Below are positions 26,213-36,400 of a DNA stretch of 43,930 bases, one piece after another. Origin of the DNA: a candidate division WOR-3 bacterium (GTDB taxonomy: Bacteria > Hydrothermota > Tepidihabitantia > SM23-42 > CAYGYG01). The DNA lies in assembly GCA_965648915.1 (NCBI GenBank), contig CBFGIV010000016.1, positions 1 to 43,930 of the forward strand, written 5' to 3'. The position numbers and the translations under genes are program-made. Every line of letters begins with the position of its first letter. The stretch's first letter is position 1. The notes beneath the pieces were generated by a model. The model did not search any database, was not told where the DNA came from, and was given only the letters and a program-made list of their open reading frames with translations.

Positions 26213-27016
26213 TTAATCCATATTCGTCTTGGTAGATCTTTTAAGATTGACCATCTTGTAATCCTTGGGTATACTGAATAAATTATTCGGGAGGGATTTA
26301 GTGATGATATTTAAATTCGTGGATTCGGTTTTGCGGGTAGTTGTCCTACCGCTGAAGTCAGTAGTTTTCTCAACATTAACAATTTTGATGATAAATCCCA
26401 GGTCTTTCTGAGATTCTATATTTATCTGTACGAGCGAATCAATATCTTTGATCCCGGTCTTAAATGTCTTTCTCCTAAAGGCATCGGCCAATTCACTTGT
26501 AGAGATTGAACTTGTCCCCCATACCTCTTCGGATCGTTCGACTTTGGTCTTCATATTCATTCCCGAAAAATTCATCTCCAGATCATAAGAGGTGTTGATA
26601 TTGATATGCTTACATTTATATCCAGCGACAACTTCTGAAGGTAATTGCTTCACATCAACCTTGAGATTATTTACCTTTATCTGGACCTGCTGCATCATTG
26701 TGCTGGCTGCCTGTTGGATTGAGTCGAGATTCATCGTCAGATAATTCTTCTCTTTAGGATTGACGATGTAGATAGAATTTTCGTTACCACGATAAAGCCA
26801 GTAAGCACCCGGGGTGTTGAGTATCCCTTCACTTCGATCGACCTCGATAAATTCTTCCCGGACATTACCTTTCTGAGCATAGATCTGCATTTTCATTTTC
26901 GACTGTTTACCCATAGACTCAGACTTAACGACCATCTGCCACTGGAGTCCAGCGAAAGCAAAGCCCGTAAGTATTATGATAAGAAATACATATACCTTAA
27001 TGGATCTTTTAAGCAT
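26213..27016 (-). CDS. Secreted DUF4412-like protein
   Basis: Signal peptide, E.VAGYKC, LFSIPKDYK; SD GGAGG; TTGACA-N16-TATTAT upstream. Confidence 0.65.
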   Translation of the reverse strand: MLKRSIKVYVFLIIILTGFAFAGLQWQMVVKSESMGKQSKMKMQIYAQKGNVREEFIEVDRSEGILNTPGAYWLYRGNENSIYIVNPKEKNYLTMNLDSIQQAASTMMQQVQIKVNNLKVDVKQLPSEVVAGYKCKHININTSYDLEMNFSGMNMKTKVERSEEVWGTSSISTSELADAFRRKTFKTGIKDIDSLVQINIESQKDLGFIIKIVNVEKTTDFSGRTTTRKTESTNLNIITKSLPNNLFSIPKDYKMVNLKRSTKTNMD

Positions 27017-27166
27017 AAAACCTCCTTAAAAATATTAATCCGAATCAAGGTTAGAACCTTATTGATAATATTCAAGATTTTACAATTGTCAATGAATACA
27101 TTGGGTTGCTAATAACTCTTTACAAATATGAAAATATAGATATACTTTATGAAATAAGGAGTTTTT

Positions 27167-27400
27167 ATGGCTTACTGGGCTCTGATTATTTTTATTTTAG
27201 GACTGGTTGCTTTAATCTTTCGGATCCTGGAGATATTTGACTGGTTTATTAATGTCTGGCCAATCATTTTAATGCTCTGTGCCTTTGCAATGCTCTCTCA
27301 TATTGCGGCGAAGCAGCGAAAAGGAGAAAAAGAAGCACTCCGCCGTAGTATTGAAGAACTTGAAGCCAAGCTTCGAGAATATGAAAATAAACAACCCTGA
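27167..27400 (+). CDS. Small membrane protein (two TM helices + coiled coil)
   Basis: SD AGGAG, WPIILM motif, promoter TTTACA-N16-TATACT. Confidence 0.7.
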   Translation: MAYWALIIFILGLVALIFRILEIFDWFINVWPIILMLCAFAMLSHIAAKQRKGEKEALRRSIEELEAKLREYENKQP

Positions 27401-27409
27401 GGACTTGCC

Positions 27410-28948
27410 TTAAAATCGCTGATAAACAATCTCTCCACCCAAGATAGTTGTAAATACCTTAATCTTCTGGATATCCTCGATATTAAATAGATCGCCATCT
27501 AAAATAACCAGATCGGCAATTTTATTTGCACTAATACTACCCTTCAAGATCTCTTCGAATGATCCGTAAGCACCATTGATGGTATACATTTTAAGCGCAT
27601 CGATTAATTTTATTCGCTCTTTAGGTACTGGGTGGTTCAATGCCCAGTATAGACCGTAGAGCGGTGAAGGTGGCATACAGTCTGAGCCGAAAAGAATCTT
27701 AATTCTATGCTGGCTAAGGGTACGGAAACGATTGATCCTGAGCCAGCGGTGATGACCGAGATATCTTTCATACATTCCCCCGATCTGGCCCCAGTTGCCT
27801 ATGAAGTTTGGTTGAGATGAAATCAAAATGTCCATCTGTTTGATCAGGTCAAGATCATGATCTGAGATGATAAGTTCAGCATGCTCAATACGATGTCGGA
27901 GAAGATTTTGTTCGATACCAGCGGTTCGGAAGGACCGAAGGGCTGTATGGGTTGCCCGATCACCGATCGAATGGATCAGAATTTGAAATCCATAGGCTTC
28001 GGCTTTCTTAATTGTATTAGTCAATTTACCTGGTGGGTATAAAAGCAGACCCTTATTACCTTTATCACCGAGATAATCCTGCGTAAGACAGGCGGTCCTT
28101 GCACCAATTGAGCCATCGAGATAGATCTTGATTCCACCAATCCTCAAAAACTCATTACCAAACCCGGTCCTGAAGCCGAGATTCAACAACCAGTCAAGAT
28201 AATCGATCGGAAATACAGCATAAGTTCGAATCTTTTTCATACGGTAATTATTATAATATTTTAAGTAACAATTAAAGGTCTGCTGATCGACCATTTCGTG
28301 AATTGATGTGATCCCTAACTGATGGGCTTTTTCGATTGCATAATCTAAGGCTTTAGATATTTCATAATCATCAGGCCAGAAGATCTGATTGATTTTCGAA
28401 ACAACATCTTCTAAGAGTAAACCCTGGTTCCAATCGACAATCTTAAATTTACGATCGATCAACTTGAGGGCACTGCTGTTGGCAAAGGCAATATGGCCAC
28501 AGATTCTTCTCAAAACTACTGGATTGAACGGCGCAATCCGGTCGAGTTCATACCGATTAAAAATTTCCCTGGGATTTGAAGGTGCTTTACGCCACAGACT
28601 CTGATCCCAATTTATACCAATAACCTTTTCCCCCTTGCCCTTTTTCTTAATTTCGTTAACAATACATTCTAAGACATCCTGTTTACTCCGACAATGACTC
28701 AAATCTACTCTCAGCTTCTTTTCAATCCCATAGCTCAACAGATGGGTGTGACTATCGATAAAGCCGGGGATAACAGTTTTGCCTTTGAGGTCGATTATCG
28801 GCGCCCGTTTTTTTAGTAAATCTTTGACCTTTTCTTTAGGTCCAACAAAACCAAATTTATCACCATCAATTATCAGACCATCGGCCTCAGTAATTTTTGG
28901 ATCGAATGTGATGATTCGACCGTTTATCAGTCCCAATAACTTTCTCAT
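27410..28948 (-). CDS. YtcJ-like amidohydrolase (Amidohydro_3)
   Basis: PGFIDSHTH, K.YLDGS.GART, HSIGD, RHRIEH, GSD, YT.NGAY. Confidence 0.9.
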   Translation of the reverse strand: MRKLLGLINGRIITFDPKITEADGLIIDGDKFGFVGPKEKVKDLLKKRAPIIDLKGKTVIPGFIDSHTHLLSYGIEKKLRVDLSHCRSKQDVLECIVNEIKKKGKGEKVIGINWDQSLWRKAPSNPREIFNRYELDRIAPFNPVVLRRICGHIAFANSSALKLIDRKFKIVDWNQGLLLEDVVSKINQIFWPDDYEISKALDYAIEKAHQLGITSIHEMVDQQTFNCYLKYYNNYRMKKIRTYAVFPIDYLDWLLNLGFRTGFGNEFLRIGGIKIYLDGSIGARTACLTQDYLGDKGNKGLLLYPPGKLTNTIKKAEAYGFQILIHSIGDRATHTALRSFRTAGIEQNLLRHRIEHAELIISDHDLDLIKQMDILISSQPNFIGNWGQIGGMYERYLGHHRWLRINRFRTLSQHRIKILFGSDCMPPSPLYGLYWALNHPVPKERIKLIDALKMYTINGAYGSFEEILKGSISANKIADLVILDGDLFNIEDIQKIKVFTTILGGEIVYQRF

Positions 28949-29002
28949 AATATTAATTGACCCAGAAAATCGATGAATCTCTTACAATATGCTTTTGAAA
29001 AA

Positions 29003-30028
29003 TCATCGGGGAGGTGAGAGTTTTTTAATTTTATTTTTGTAAGGTGGATAGATTATACCCCGATCAGTAATAATACCAGTAATTAATGTGTTGGGTGTGA
29101 TATCAAAGGCAGGATTTATGGCTTTGATATTTCTCGGTGCAATAAGTTTACCAGCTATAGACTTAACCTCTTCTTCTTTTCGAAACTCGATCTCAATCTC
29201 TTCACCACTGCCGATACGGAAATCAAAAGTCGTAACCGGTGCGGCAACATATAACGGGACATTGAAATAGCGAGCGACTATTGCCAGCCCCTTTGTGCCG
29301 ATCTTATTGGCGACATCGCCATTAACAGCGATTCGGTCAGCGCCAACGAGCACAAGATCGATATCTTCCATAAAAGCCCCTGCCATATTGTCACACAGAA
29401 GATAGGTCTTTATACCAGCTTGATTCAATTCCCAGGTCGTAAGGCGTGCACCCTGGAGCCAGGGTCTGGTCTCACAGGCATAGACCGTAAATTTTTTCCC
29501 TTCTTGCTTTGCGGTATATAAAACGCCCAAGGCCGTCCCGATCCCGGCGGTAGCCAGGGCACCCGCATTGCAGTAAACCATAACCTTATCTCCGTTGTGA
29601 ATCAGGGGTGCGCCATATCGACCAATTTTTTCACACGCAGCAACATCTTCCTGCTCAATCTTTTCTGCCTCGAGGAGCAGTCTCTTTTTTAAGATCTTAT
29701 CGTCCTCTCGATTCTGGTCGATCAATCTCTCCATCCGGGCACAGGCCCAGAATAGATTACGGGCAGTAGGTCGAGCACGCCGGATAAGATTGATCGCCTT
29801 TTTTAGCTTCTTGCGAAATTCTCGGCCGGACAAACGCTGGGCCTCAAGGGCAATACCCCAGGCAGCCGTAACCCCGATTAAAGGTGCGCCTCTTAAAATC
29901 ATATCTTTTATTGCTCGATATACATCATAGGCAGTCCTGGCCTTGCGATAGACGACTTTATGGGGCAGGAGGCGCTGATCAAGAATCGAGAGTATCCGAT
30001 TGTGATGTTTGATTGTCTTATAGCGCAC
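29003..30028 (-). CDS. mtnA: S-methyl-5-thioribose-1-phosphate isomerase
   Basis: LDQRLLP, RGAPLIG, ARPTA, CNAGALAT, ETRP, GADR, NKIG, NPAFD; likely GTG start 30028. Confidence 0.92.
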   Translation of the reverse strand: MRYKTIKHHNRILSILDQRLLPHKVVYRKARTAYDVYRAIKDMILRGAPLIGVTAAWGIALEAQRLSGREFRKKLKKAINLIRRARPTARNLFWACARMERLIDQNREDDKILKKRLLLEAEKIEQEDVAACEKIGRYGAPLIHNGDKVMVYCNAGALATAGIGTALGVLYTAKQEGKKFTVYACETRPWLQGARLTTWELNQAGIKTYLLCDNMAGAFMEDIDLVLVGADRIAVNGDVANKIGTKGLAIVARYFNVPLYVAAPVTTFDFRIGSGEEIEIEFRKEEEVKSIAGKLIAPRNIKAINPAFDITPNTLITGIITDRGIIYPPYKNKIKKLSPPR

Positions 30029-30038
30029 TTGAAAACTT

Positions 30039-30806
30039 TTAAGGTATGATTGAGAAAAACGGGCAGATGAGACGGATAATATGACCTGCATAGAAGTAAG
30101 CAATTCCACCACCGATTGTTAGAAAAGGGCCAAAAGGAATCTCGCTCTTTTTTACTTTTACACCGTAGATAACCGCAAAGATTGTGCCTAAGAATAGAGC
30201 AATAATTAATGACCGCATACCGATAAAAGAGCCAATCATTCCAGCCAGGAACATCTCCTGATTACCGACCACCTCCCGTTTTTCGGTCTTGAGGCCGATA
30301 TAATATATGAGATAGATTATGCCCCAGCCGAAGAAAAACCCAAGTAATGGTGAGATGTAATTCCGACGCCAGAAATTAAAACCAAGCCCGATAATAATCC
30401 CGCTGATGGTCAGGGGGAAAGGTATCTTTTCTGCCTCCAAGTCAATAAACCCGATCAGAATCAGTCCGATAAAGAAGAGGCTGGCATTATAGAACTCACG
30501 CTGGAATTTAAAAAGATAGAAGAGGTAGAAGATGATCAAACCGGTCAATATTTCGATAATCGGCTGACGGATCGGGATTATATAATCACAGGTTGAGCAT
30601 CTTCCCTGAGCAAGAAAATAGCCGATGATCGGAATATTTTCTTTCAATGACAGGGAACGTTTACAGCCGGGGCAATACGGCAGATAGAGCAGGGACTCAT
30701 TCTTTGAATACCGGTGAATAACAACATTCAGAAACCAGCCAACAGTTACTCCAATCAGAAAGATGATTGGATACCAGTACCAGGCGACTGGATAATGATG
30801 ATGCAC
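30039..30806 (-). CDS. pilD: Prepilin peptidase/N-methyltransferase-like protein (second catalytic Asp motif degenerate)
   Basis: FLNVVIHR, CPGC...GRCSTC, FIDLE, IPFGPFL; GxGD replaced by GNQE; TTGACA-N16-TATAAT 6 nt upstream. Confidence 0.75.
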   Translation of the reverse strand: MHHHYPVAWYWYPIIFLIGVTVGWFLNVVIHRYSKNESLLYLPYCPGCKRSLSLKENIPIIGYFLAQGRCSTCDYIIPIRQPIIEILTGLIIFYLFYLFKFQREFYNASLFFIGLILIGFIDLEAEKIPFPLTISGIIIGLGFNFWRRNYISPLLGFFFGWGIIYLIYYIGLKTEKREVVGNQEMFLAGMIGSFIGMRSLIIALFLGTIFAVIYGVKVKKSEIPFGPFLTIGGGIAYFYAGHIIRLICPFFSIIP

Positions 30807-30864
30807 AAATTTATTATAGGCTTAAATCTTTACCTGTCAACTGAATTTCCGAAAAGGACGGGCA

Positions 30865-32559
30865 CTATCTTATAATGATTAATTTTTCGAGAATTCTTTC
30901 CTTGCTTGTTTTTATCTCGACAAAATATGCGCCGGATGATAATGATGATATATCTATGTCGATGGTCTTCAACGAAGCAGAATGAAGCTTTGGTAGATAA
31001 AGCGCCTTAACCATTCTACCGGCCGGGTCAAAAATCTTTAAGTATATCCGCTCGCTTTGTAGATTATCTACCATCAGCCTGATTCGGTTGTGAGCCGGAT
31101 TGGGCCAGATCTTGAATCTGTCTTTACCAGCCAGATGAAGGAGATTGGATTCCTCAATCCCGGTTATAAAATTTCTCACATTCACACTGTGATGATAGAT
31201 GTCATTAGTTAAATAGTATACAGCGTGTAACCGGCCATCAGTTATGGGATTATCACCCCGGCTGACGATATGGGCAAATTCGACCGGGTCAAGATAGCCA
31301 CCGACATCAAAGAGTTTTCCCCGGTAGGTCCAGGTATTACCTAAGTCAGTGGAATGCCAGAGCCTCGGTCCAGCAATGCCACTTCCTGGCCTGCGATAAC
31401 CGATGACACCAATCGAATTCTGCCCCCGGGCAAAGTCCTTGCTGGTAACGACTGAAACAAAGGTAAAGATTGAGTCTTGACCTGGTGGGGTTTGGCCAAC
31501 AACAAGGGTATTGGTCCAGGTTCTGTTGCCTACAGGCCCCGTCCCTTTCCAGACCTCAAGCCGATCAGCATGGGTTCCGGGAAATACAGGTGTTAAGGCA
31601 ACGATTGGATTGTTATTTACAACTTCACAGTCATAGTCATACCACCAGAGTGAGTATCGGGGATAAGGGATGGTTTCAAGAAGAGACTTTCCATTTCTGG
31701 GAATCCAGGTAAGGCCATTATCAGTCGATTCAATATAATATGGCCAGAGTAGAGTATCAGGGCCGATAACCGTATCTCTCTGGAAATAGGCAAAGAGGTA
31801 TCCACCAGTGCCAAACCGGATATGGGGTGCATCATGGGTTCCAACCGTTGCACTGCCGGAGACAATCAATATCGGACCAGACCATGTATAACCTCCATCA
31901 GTCGAAAGCCAGCCATAGATACCTTTGATACCTCCTGAACCAAAATCGTAGTCTCCGCCTGTTGTATAGATAATATTCTGATTGTCCGGACGGACGGCAA
32001 TAGAAGGAAGCCACATATTGTGCTGAGGATTGCCTGACCCGGGCATAATCCTTCTTTGAAAAATGCCGTTAGGGAAACATCCCTCATCAAAACAAACAGC
32101 CTGAATGCTGGAATCTATATAGGCACCATTGCGATAATATGCCTCATGCCAGCAGCCATAGATGACTTCCTGATTTGGCCAGAAATAGGGGCGAGCATCG
32201 ATTCCGCTATAGCATCGGCGATAATTAGGATAGCGAATTCCGAATGGACCAAAAAGTCTCCAGGATGTCCCGCGATTTGTTGAATAAGCAATCTTAATAA
32301 TAAAGATATTGTTTGGATCACCAGAGGTGGCTCCGTAGATTACTGTAACATTATTGCCGGTTGTATCAGCGCAGATATTCTTGCCGGCTGAACCCGATAT
32401 GCTTCGTGAGTCCGGAGCAGCATCGATTCTGGTCTGGAAAGATGCTATCTTATTACGGGTATAATTCTCTGGACCATAAAAGACTTCGGGCATAACCCTG
32501 GTCTCAAAAGAAAAAGATTGAGTGATACATAATACTATCACAGAGACCAACCGAATCAT
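30865..32559 (-). CDS. Secreted BNR/Asp-box (sialidase-like fold) protein with T9SS-type C-terminal sorting domain
   Basis: Signal peptide; STNRGTSW, STDGGYTW, STDNGLTW, STDLGNTW; GIEE...IWPNP...IFD..GR.V...SGAYFV...KLII. Confidence 0.8.
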   Translation of the reverse strand: MIRLVSVIVLCITQSFSFETRVMPEVFYGPENYTRNKIASFQTRIDAAPDSRSISGSAGKNICADTTGNNVTVIYGATSGDPNNIFIIKIAYSTNRGTSWRLFGPFGIRYPNYRRCYSGIDARPYFWPNQEVIYGCWHEAYYRNGAYIDSSIQAVCFDEGCFPNGIFQRRIMPGSGNPQHNMWLPSIAVRPDNQNIIYTTGGDYDFGSGGIKGIYGWLSTDGGYTWSGPILIVSGSATVGTHDAPHIRFGTGGYLFAYFQRDTVIGPDTLLWPYYIESTDNGLTWIPRNGKSLLETIPYPRYSLWWYDYDCEVVNNNPIVALTPVFPGTHADRLEVWKGTGPVGNRTWTNTLVVGQTPPGQDSIFTFVSVVTSKDFARGQNSIGVIGYRRPGSGIAGPRLWHSTDLGNTWTYRGKLFDVGGYLDPVEFAHIVSRGDNPITDGRLHAVYYLTNDIYHHSVNVRNFITGIEESNLLHLAGKDRFKIWPNPAHNRIRLMVDNLQSERIYLKIFDPAGRMVKALYLPKLHSASLKTIDIDISSLSSGAYFVEIKTSKERILEKLIIIR

Positions 32560-32587
32560 AGGACCTCCCTGGTTAATGGCTGTTAAT

Positions 32588-32631
32588 ATTATATGAAAAG
32601 TGGTTGCGAAATTGTTGCGAGATTGTTGCGA
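32588..32631 (-). promoter_or_regulatory. TATAAT box with three 11-bp-phased direct repeats replacing -35
   Basis: GTTGCGA at 32603, 32614 and 32625; TATAAT (minus) at 32588-32593. Confidence 0.55.
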
Positions 32632-32740
32632 ATAACTATAAATTCTGATATATCAGGAGATAAAAAATAAGAAGATTTATCAATAAAAAGGTAGATTCGG
32701 GCCTGACCAGAAGAACAAAAATTAAGGCAGCTGATTTAGA

Positions 32741-33292
32741 TTAAAGAGTCTGTTTCTTAAGCAATTTTTTTAACAGGTAGCCAGTCATTACTTTATTCAG
32801 GTGATCAAATCCGGCACAGCCATTGATGTCCAGGGCATTAATCTCGACCGAGTAGAGTTCATTGGTATCGATATGTTTCTTTTCAACCTTCAGTTTATAT
32901 TCGGCATCAAATGCGGTCATAAATTCTTTGAGTGGAACATTAAGAATCCCTTTATTTGAATATTCAGCGATCAGTTGATCAATTGCCTGACGGTTTTGAG
33001 AAAGGCGTTCAATCTCTTTTTCAACCATACCTCGAGAGCCGCTGATCTTGCTAAAGACAAACTGGAGTTCGGACGGTTTATCGATACTGTTTAACCGTTC
33101 AATACCCTTTTTCAGTGTTGCTTCAAGGATTGAAATTGCTTTCTGAATCTTCTCCTGGGCTTCTATCAGACAGGAGAGGTAGGCCTCGATTACCTGAAAA
33201 GATGGCATCTTTTCAATATTTTCATAAAACAAAAGACCAAAAGGTTTACAGAACGGACCTTTTTCAGTATCGTCCATATCATCAAATAGCAT
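32741..33292 (-). CDS. Hypothetical helical/coiled-coil protein
   Basis: SD AGGAG; own promoter TTGACA-N16-TAGAAT (33313-33340); no recognisable domain. Confidence 0.65.
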   Translation of the reverse strand: MLFDDMDDTEKGPFCKPFGLLFYENIEKMPSFQVIEAYLSCLIEAQEKIQKAISILEATLKKGIERLNSIDKPSELQFVFSKISGSRGMVEKEIERLSQNRQAIDQLIAEYSNKGILNVPLKEFMTAFDAEYKLKVEKKHIDTNELYSVEINALDINGCAGFDHLNKVMTGYLLKKLLKKQTL

Positions 33293-33426
33293 AATTTTCT
33301 CCTTCTATACTCATTCTACTGAAAGGATTTCTTTTGTCAAGCGATAGAATTTACTAAAGGCCGCTCCGCTCTTCCTCTTGATTTTTTCAGATCGATTGAC
33401 ATAAGATTGAAATTATGTATAATAGA

Positions 33427-36400
33427 ATGAAGATGAATCTCGGTATTGATATCGGTTCAGTGAGTATAAAATTTGCCGTTTTTGATAAGGAGCGACTCAT
33501 CCGGACTGAATACCTCCGCCATTTTGGTCGTCCGCTTGAGATTCTTATCGACTTTATCAATAATCATTCGGACATTGAATATCTGGCAATCACCGGTAAT
33601 GGTGGTCGACTCCTCGGTGAATTGCTGGGGGGCGTGGTGGTCAACGAAATAATTGCAACGGTCGAAGGGATCAAAAAGATTGCGCCCGGTCTTAAAACCG
33701 TCATCGAGATTGGGGGAGAGGATTCTAAGTTTTTCCTGATCGAAAATAATCTCAAAGATTTTGCCACCAACACGATCTGTGCTGCGGGCACCGGAATTTT
33801 TCTGGACCAGCAGGCACATCGTCTCAACCTATCGATCGATCAATTCTCCAGTTATGCCTTATTATCAAAGCGACCTTCACGCATTGCCGGCCGCTGTTCA
33901 GTATTTGCCAAGAGCGATATGATTCATCTCCAGCAGATCGGCACGCCGATGGAGGATATAATCGCCGGCCTCTGCCGTTCACTGGCTCGTAACTTCAAAA
34001 GTATAATAGCCCAGGGGAAAAAGTTTGAACCGCCGATAGGCTTCATCGGCGGGGTTGCCGCCAATCAGGGTATGGTTCAATCTTTTGAATCGGTCCTGAG
34101 CCTGAAACCCGGAGAACTGATTGTGCCGAAATATTTTAACTGTCTCGGCGCAATCGGTTCAATGTATTACTGCTTGGAAACGAATAATCTTGGAAAATAC
34201 CGGGGCCTAAAAGAACTGCACGATTATATCTCAAAGCCAAAACTGACCCGCCGGCTACCTCCGCTCGATGGAAGTGAGCGGCCAGCACCCAGAAGGTCCT
34301 GCCTGTTGCCTGGATCCAGGATTAAAGGCTATCTCGGGATCGATGTCGGTTCGGTCAGCACCAATCTTGTTGTTATCGATAGTCAGAACCAGGTTCTATC
34401 AAGAGAGTATCTCTGGACCCAGGGCGACCCGATAAAGGCGGTCCAGATTGGTCTTGATAAGATTTATAAAGAACTGGGCAACCTCGTCGAAATCGTAGCC
34501 GTGGGCACGACCGGTTCAGGTCGATATCTGATCGGTGATTTTGTTGGTGCGGATGTAATCAGGAATGAAATCACTGCCCAGGCCCGGGCGGCAATCAGCA
34601 TCGATCCTCAGGTTGATACAATTTTCGAAATCGGCGGTCAGGATTCAAAGTTTATCAGCCTCAAAGATGGGGTAATTGTTGATTTTGAAATGAATAAGGT
34701 CTGCGCTGCGGGCACCGGTTCCTTCCTTGAAGAACAGTCAGAAATTCTCGATACCAAGATCGAGGATTTTGGTGATACCGCTTTACGCTCAAAAGCGCCA
34801 GTCTTTCTCGGTGAACGTTGCACCGTCTTTATGGAGACTGAGATATTACACCATCAGCATCAGTTTATTAGAAAGGAAGATATTCTGGCCGGTCTTGCCT
34901 ACTCGATTGCGGGTAATTACTTAAATCGTGTAGTCCAGGGGAAGCGGATCGGCAACCGGATATTTTTTCAGGGTGGAGTCGCCGCTAATAAAGCAGTAGT
35001 CTCTGCCTTTGAGGCAATATTACACAAAGAGATTCATGTCCCGGATAATTTTGATGTCACTGGAGCAATCGGGGTGGCAATGATTGCCCGGGATGAGAAT
35101 CCGAACGGCTGGACCCGATTTAAAGGCTTTGAGATAATTCAGAGAAAGTGCAGAATGGAGACCTTTGAATGTTCAGGATGCAGTAACCTCTGTGATATTA
35201 ACATAATTGAACTTACCCAGGAAGAGCCGATATATTATGGTGGCCGTTGTGGGAAGTATGAACATCGGGAAGAAAAAGAGGGGGCGAAGACTGATAACTA
35301 TTTTGATTTAAGAAATGAGATTTTTTTCAAAACTGAGAACCGAACCGGTGAAACAATCGGTATTCCCCGAACCCTTATCTTTTACGAACTCTTTCCCTTC
35401 TTCAATCGCCTTTTAACCAATCTGGGCTTTAATGTCAAACTCACTGACTCGACCAACAAGAAGATTATCCACTGTGGCGTTGAACATAGTCCCGCCGAGA
35501 CCTGCTTTCCGGTTAAAGTAGCCAATGGACATATTCTCCACTTAATCGACCAGGGGATAAGAAGAATTTTCATCCCGAGTGTGATCTCGGTTCAAAAAAA
35601 TAGATTTTTCGAAAGCAGTTATGTCTGCCCCTATGTCCAGACTATGCCCTACACGATTCGGGCCGGATTGTCAGAAAAACTCGGTGGAACTGAAATTATT
35701 TCACCCTATCTCTATTTTGATCGTCCCAGGGAGAGCATTATAAAAAACCTTATCTCGGCCTTTAACCATTTCGGGATTAAACTCTCCGAAGTGAAGGATG
35801 CGGTCGATGATGCTTTTGACTATAATGCAAAGGTCAATTTGAAGATCAAGGAGATCGGCGAGGAGGCGATAAGTAAAATAGATGATATAGGTTTTGTGAT
35901 TGTGAGCCGGCCATATAATGGCTATGATGCGGGGATAAATTTAGATCTGGCCCGGAAGATAGGGGAGATGGGAATTACAGCGATACCGATCGACTTCCTA
36001 CCTCTATCATTTGAAGATCTCTATCCTGAATTCTCAAATATGTACTGGCACTATGGGCAGAAACTGCTGGCTGCCGCCTCAATGATCAGACATAATCCTA
36101 AACTCTATGCTATCTACCTCTCCAATTTCTCCTGTGGACCGGATTCTTTCCTGGTCAAATATTTTAGAGAACTCAGTGGCGAAAAACCATTTCTATTGAT
36201 TGAACTGGATGAGCATTCAGCCGACGCCGGTCTAATTACGCGCCTTGAGGCATTCCGGGATAGCATAAAAGGAAAGACTTATATAACCGTTCCGAGGCCG
36301 ATTAAAACTGACAAAAGAATCAAAAAAGGTAAAAAAGTCTATATCCCGTATATGTGCGACCATGCCTATATCTTAAACGCAGCCCTGCGTAAGGCAGGAA

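Noticed and set aside
29003..30028. Functional link of mtnA (methylthio salvage) to the corrinoid/double-cubane operon
   Set aside because: Chemically attractive but 17 kb away, on the opposite strand, in an unrelated operon; no sequence evidence
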